This document shows positions 17,301 through 20,000 of a stretch of 20,000 bases of DNA, in pieces; position 1 is the first letter of the stretch; every line of letters starts with the position of its first letter. Made by a program: the position numbers and the translations under genes. The stretch spans positions 51,998 to 71,997 of IMG/VR virus record IMGVR_UViG_3300044640_001367; one strand, written 5' to 3'. The DNA is from an uncultured virus (IMG/VR IMGVR_UViG_3300044640_001367). Its lineage: Duplodnaviria > Heunggongvirae > Uroviricota > Caudoviricetes. The notes under the pieces are model-generated. The model searched no databases and was not told where the DNA came from. It worked only from the letters and a program-made list of their open reading frames with translations.

Positions 17301-20000
17301 GTGGATCTAGTGGAACTAGTGGTACAAATGGTACAAGTGGCGAAAGTGGATCCAGTGGTACAAGCGGAACCAGTGGATCTAGTGGTACAAGCGGATCTAG
17401 TGGTACCAGCGGATCTAGTGGTACCAGTGGAACTAGTGGATCTAGTGGTACAAGCGGATCTAGTGGATCTAGTGGTACAAGCGGATCTAGTGGATCTAGT
17501 GGTACAAGCGGATCTAGTGGAACCAGTGGAACTAGTGGAAGTAGTGGTACAAGTGGAAGTAGTGGATCAAGTGGTACAAGTGGCAAAAGTGGATCTAGTG
17601 GTACAAGCGGAACTAGTGGTACAAGTGGAACTAGTGGATCTAGTGGTACAAGCGGATCTAGTGGTACAAGCGGAACCAGTGGATCTAGTGGTACAAGCGG
17701 ATCTAGTGGTACAAGCGGAACTAGTGGATCTAGTGGTACAAGCGGATCTAGTGGATCTAATGGTACAAGTGGTACAAGTGGTACAAATGGTACAAGTGGA
17801 TCTAGTGGTAGTAGTGGTACAAGTGGAAGTAGTGGAACAAGTGGAACAAGTGGAAGTAGTGGTTTAAGTGGATCTAGTGGAACTAGTGGTACAAGTGGCG
17901 AAAGTGGATCTAGTGGATCTAGTGGATCTAGTGGATCAAGTGGAAGTAGTGGTACCAGCGGAAGTAGTGGATCAAGTGGATCAAGTGGATCTAGTGGTAC
18001 CAGCGGATCTAGTGGTACCAGCGGATCTAGTGGTACCAGCGGATCTAGTGGTACCAGCGGATCTAGTGGAACTAGTGGTACAAGTGGCGAAAGTGGATCT
18101 AGTGGATCTAGTGGATCTAGTGGTACAAGTGGAAGTAGCGGTACCAACGGAACTAGTGGATCTAATGGTACAAGTGGTACAAGCGGATCTAGTGGTACAA
18201 GTGGAACTAGTGGATCTAGTGGTACAAGCGGATCTAGTGGTACAAACGGAACTAGTGGATCTAGTGATACAAGCGGATCTAGTGGATCTAATGGTACAAG
18301 TGGTACAAGCGGATCTAGTGGTACAAGTGGAAGTAGTGGATCTAGTGGAAGTAGTGGAATAAGTGGATCTAGTGGAACTAGTGGTACAAGTGGCGAAAGT
18401 GGATCTAGTGGATCTAGTGGAACTAGTGGTACAAGTGGCGAAAGTGGATCTAGTGGAAGTAGTGGATCTAGTGGAAGTAGTGGATCAAGTGGTACAAGTG
18501 GAAGTAGTGGTACAAGTGGAAGTAGTGGTACAAGTGGAAGTAGTGGAACAAGTGGAAGTAGTGGTACAAGTGGAAGTAGTGGAACAAGTGGAAGTAGTGG
18601 TACAAGTGGAAGTAGTGGATCAAGTGGTGAAAGCGGATCAAGTGGATCTAGCGGATCAAGTGGATCTAGCGGATCAAGTGGATCTAGCGGATCTAGTGGA
18701 TCTAGTGGTACAAGTGGAAGTAGCGGTACCAACGGAACTAGTGGATCTAATGGTACAAGTGGTACAAGCGGATCTAGTGGAAGTAGTGGAACAAGTGGAT
18801 CTAGTGGATCTAGTGGATCTAATGGAACTAGCGGAAGTAGTGGTAGTAGTGGTTTAAGTGGATCTAGTGGAAGTAGTGGATCTAGTGGAAGTAGTGGTAC
18901 AAGTGGAAGTAGTGGTACAAGTGGAAGTAGTGGAACAAGTGGAAGTAGTGGATCAAGTGGTGAAAGCGGATCAAGTGGATCTAGCGGATCAAGTGGAAGT
19001 AGTGGTACAAGTGGATCCAGTGGAAGTAGTGGTACAAGTGGATCCAGTGGAAGTAGTGGTACAAGTGGAACTAGTGGATCCAGTGGAAGTAGTGGATCAA
19101 GTGGAACTAGTGGAACTAGTGGATCTAGTGGATCAAGTGGTAGTAGTGGATCTAGTGGAACTAGTGGTACAAGCGGATCTAGTGGTACCAACGGATCTAG
19201 TGGTAGTAGTGGAACAAGTGGATCCAGCGGATCCAGTGGATCAAGTGGTGAAAGTGGAACTAGTGGTACAAGCGGATCAAGTGGAACTAGTGGATCCAGC
19301 GGAAGTAGTGGTACAAGTGGTACAAGTGGTACAAGCGGATCAAGTGGAAGTAGTGGAAGTAGTGGATCTAGCGGAACTAGTGGATCAAGTGGTGAAAGCG
19401 GATCAAGTGGATCTAGCGGTTCAAGTGGATCTAGCGGTTCAAGTGGAAGTAGTGGAAGTAGTGGAAGTAGTGGATCTAGTGGAAGTAGTGGTACAAGTGG
19501 AAGTAGTGGTACAAGTGGAAGTAGTGGTACAAGTGGAAGTAGCGGTACCAACGGAACTAGTGGATCTAATGGTACAAGTGGTACAAGCGGATCTAGTGGT
19601 ACAAGTGGAAGTAGTGGATCAAGTGGTAGTAGTGGTTTAAGTGGATCTAGTGGAAGTAGTGGATCTAGTGGAACTAGTGGATCTAATGGTACAAGTGGTA
19701 CAAGCGGATCTAGTGGTACAAGTGGATCTAGTGGTAGTAGTGGATCCAGCGGATCAAGTGGTACCAGCGGAAGTAGTGGTACCAGCGGATCTAGTAGTAC
19801 AAGTGGAAGTAGTGGTACGAGTGGAACAAGTGGATCAAGTGGTACAAGTGGATCTAGTGGAAGTAGTGGTACAAGTGGATCCAGCGGATCAAGTGGTACC
19901 AGCGGAAGTAGTGGTACCAGCGGATCTAGTAGTACAAGTGGAAGTAGTGGTACGAGTGGAACAAGTGGATCAAGTGGTACAAGTGGATCTAGTGGAAGTA
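14381..20000 (+). CDS. Giant Gly-X-Ser repeat (collagen-like periodicity) protein, probably a virion fibre; 3'-truncated and not in the ORF track
   Basis: Manual translation gives MSTLKKDPCEVSPLKLDNALYDYKK...TWVYNHNLNSEFVLFIVYDQDLNQIIPESITLNNKNTATIKFSFPACGYVFAIGSNVSTSG, then (GTS/GSS/GES)n. No stop was seen in this frame to the window end (>1870 aa). Confidence 0.9.
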   Translation, partial: MSTLKKDPCEVSPLKLDNALYDYKKLTATFKDPTTPLFLKIIEELRVIINCNANLQKNTQSIQEFPCDSKTDTWVYNHNLNSEFVLFIVYDQDLNQIIPESITLNNKNTATIKFSFPACGYVFAIGSNVSTSGISGTGTSGSSGQSGSNGTSGTSGTSGTSGTSGESALSGTSATSGSSGEKGSSGSSGTSGTSGFSGTSGTNGTNGTSGTNGTSGSSGTSGSSGTSGSSGSSGSSGSSGTSGTSGTSGESGTSGTSGSSGTSGSSGTSGSSGSSGSSGTSGSSGTSGTSGSSGSSGTSGTSGSSGTSGTSGTSGSSGSSGTSGSSGSSGSSGTSGTSGSSGESGTSGSSGSSGSSGSSGSSGSSGTSGTSGSSESSGSSGSSGTNGSSGSSGTSGESGTSGESGSSGESGSSGESGTSGESGTSGESGTSGTSGSSGTSGSSGTSGSSGTSGTSGSSGTSGSSGSSGTSGSSGSSGTSGSSGSSGTSGSSGTSGSSGTSGSSGTSGTSGTSGESGTSGSSGSSGTSGTSGTSGTSGSSGSSGSSGSSGTSGSSGSSGTSGLSGSSGTSGSSGTSGSSGTSGSSGTSGSSGTSGSSDTSGSSGTSGTSGSSGTSGTSGTSGTSGSSGTSGTSGTSGSSGSSGSSGSSGTSGSSGSSGTNGSSGSSGTSGTTGSSGSSGTTGSSGSSGLSGSSGTSGLSGESGSSGTSGSSGTSGSSGTSGSSGTSGTSGSSGTSGTSGSSGSSGSSGSNGSSGTSGTSGSSGTSGSSGTSGSSGTSGSSGTSGTSGSSGESGSSGTSGTSGTSGTSGSSGSSGTSGSSGTSGSSGTSGTSGSSGSSGTSGSSGSSGTSGTSGSSGSSGTSGSSGSSGTSGTSGLSGSSGTSGTNGTSGESGSSGTSGSNGSSGTSGTSGSSGTSGSSGTNGTSGSSGTSGTSGSNGTSGTSGSSGTSGSSGTSGTSGTSGTSGTSGTSGSSGLSGSSGTSGTNGTSGESGSSGTSGTSGSSGTSGSSGTSGSSGTSGTSGSSGTSGSSGSSGTSGSSGSSGTSGSSGTSGTSGSSGTSGSSGSSGTSGKSGSSGTSGTSGTSGTSGSSGTSGSSGTSGTSGSSGTSGSSGTSGTSGSSGTSGSSGSNGTSGTSGTNGTSGSSGSSGTSGSSGTSGTSGSSGLSGSSGTSGTSGESGSSGSSGSSGSSGSSGTSGSSGSSGSSGSSGTSGSSGTSGSSGTSGSSGTSGSSGTSGTSGESGSSGSSGSSGTSGSSGTNGTSGSNGTSGTSGSSGTSGTSGSSGTSGSSGTNGTSGSSDTSGSSGSNGTSGTSGSSGTSGSSGSSGSSGISGSSGTSGTSGESGSSGSSGTSGTSGESGSSGSSGSSGSSGSSGTSGSSGTSGSSGTSGSSGTSGSSGTSGSSGTSGSSGTSGSSGSSGESGSSGSSGSSGSSGSSGSSGSSGSSGTSGSSGTNGTSGSNGTSGTSGSSGSSGTSGSSGSSGSNGTSGSSGSSGLSGSSGSSGSSGSSGTSGSSGTSGSSGTSGSSGSSGESGSSGSSGSSGSSGTSGSSGSSGTSGSSGSSGTSGTSGSSGSSGSSGTSGTSGSSGSSGSSGSSGTSGTSGSSGTNGSSGSSGTSGSSGSSGSSGESGTSGTSGSSGTSGSSGSSGTSGTSGTSGSSGSSGSSGSSGTSGSSGESGSSGSSGSSGSSGSSGSSGSSGSSGSSGSSGTSGSSGTSGSSGTSGSSGTNGTSGSNGTSGTSGSSGTSGSSGSSGSSGLSGSSGSSGSSGTSGSNGTSGTSGSSGTSGSSGSSGSSGSSGTSGSSGTSGSSSTSGSSGTSGTSGSSGTSGSSGSSGTSGSSGSSGTSGSSGTSGSSSTSGSSGTSGTSGSSGTSGSSGS
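14792..20000 (+). repeat. Degenerate 9-bp coding tandem repeat (GGW-NNN-AGY), about 578 units
   Basis: Units such as GGATCTAGT, GGTACAAGT and GGAAGTAGT. The 9-bp register was the same at every checkpoint tested (14882, 15503, 16169, 18266, 19796, 19931). Confidence 0.97.

Noticed and set aside
14812..19551. 1579-aa minus-strand ORF of PLV/PLD/PLL repeats
   Set aside because: Antisense shadow of the 9-bp Gly-X-Ser repeat. It is confined to the array and has no unique domain, whereas the + frame has a proper start, the upstream motif and an N-terminal domain.
14889..19640. Series of + strand V/D/L/Q-rich ORFs and the 15813..16004 His-rich ORF
   Set aside because: Off-frame readings of the same repeat. 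The + strand ones are broken wherever a Leu/Ile codon followed by AGT creates an out-of-frame TAA.
14792..20000. CRISPR array or non-coding satellite
   Set aside because: No constant repeat with unique spacers. Variation is codon-structured and preserves the reading frame.

Overview
AT-rich segment of a large T4-like (myovirus-type) dsDNA phage covering head and neck morphogenesis. The + strand carries a gp21-like prohead protease, an acidic scaffold, a gp23-like major capsid protein, a Gp88-like Cys-cluster protein and gp13/gp14/gp15-like neck genes. It ends in a giant ORF missing from the supplied track (starts 14381, >1870 aa, runs off the window) made of about 578 in-register, proline-free Gly-X-Ser triplets. 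Between the capsid and neck genes lies a minus-strand accessory cassette: lipoprotein with C-terminal TM segments, small MscS-like membrane protein, ankyrin-repeat/class III nucleotide cyclase fusion, 70-aa ORF, and a Mom-family DNA-modifying enzyme. Two promoter classes are visible. An ATATTTAT motif lies 5-6 nt before five start codons (candidate late promoter, probably leaderless), and a consensus TTGACA/TATAAT promoter lies directly before mom. All family assignments come from motif recognition by eye; no database searches were run.
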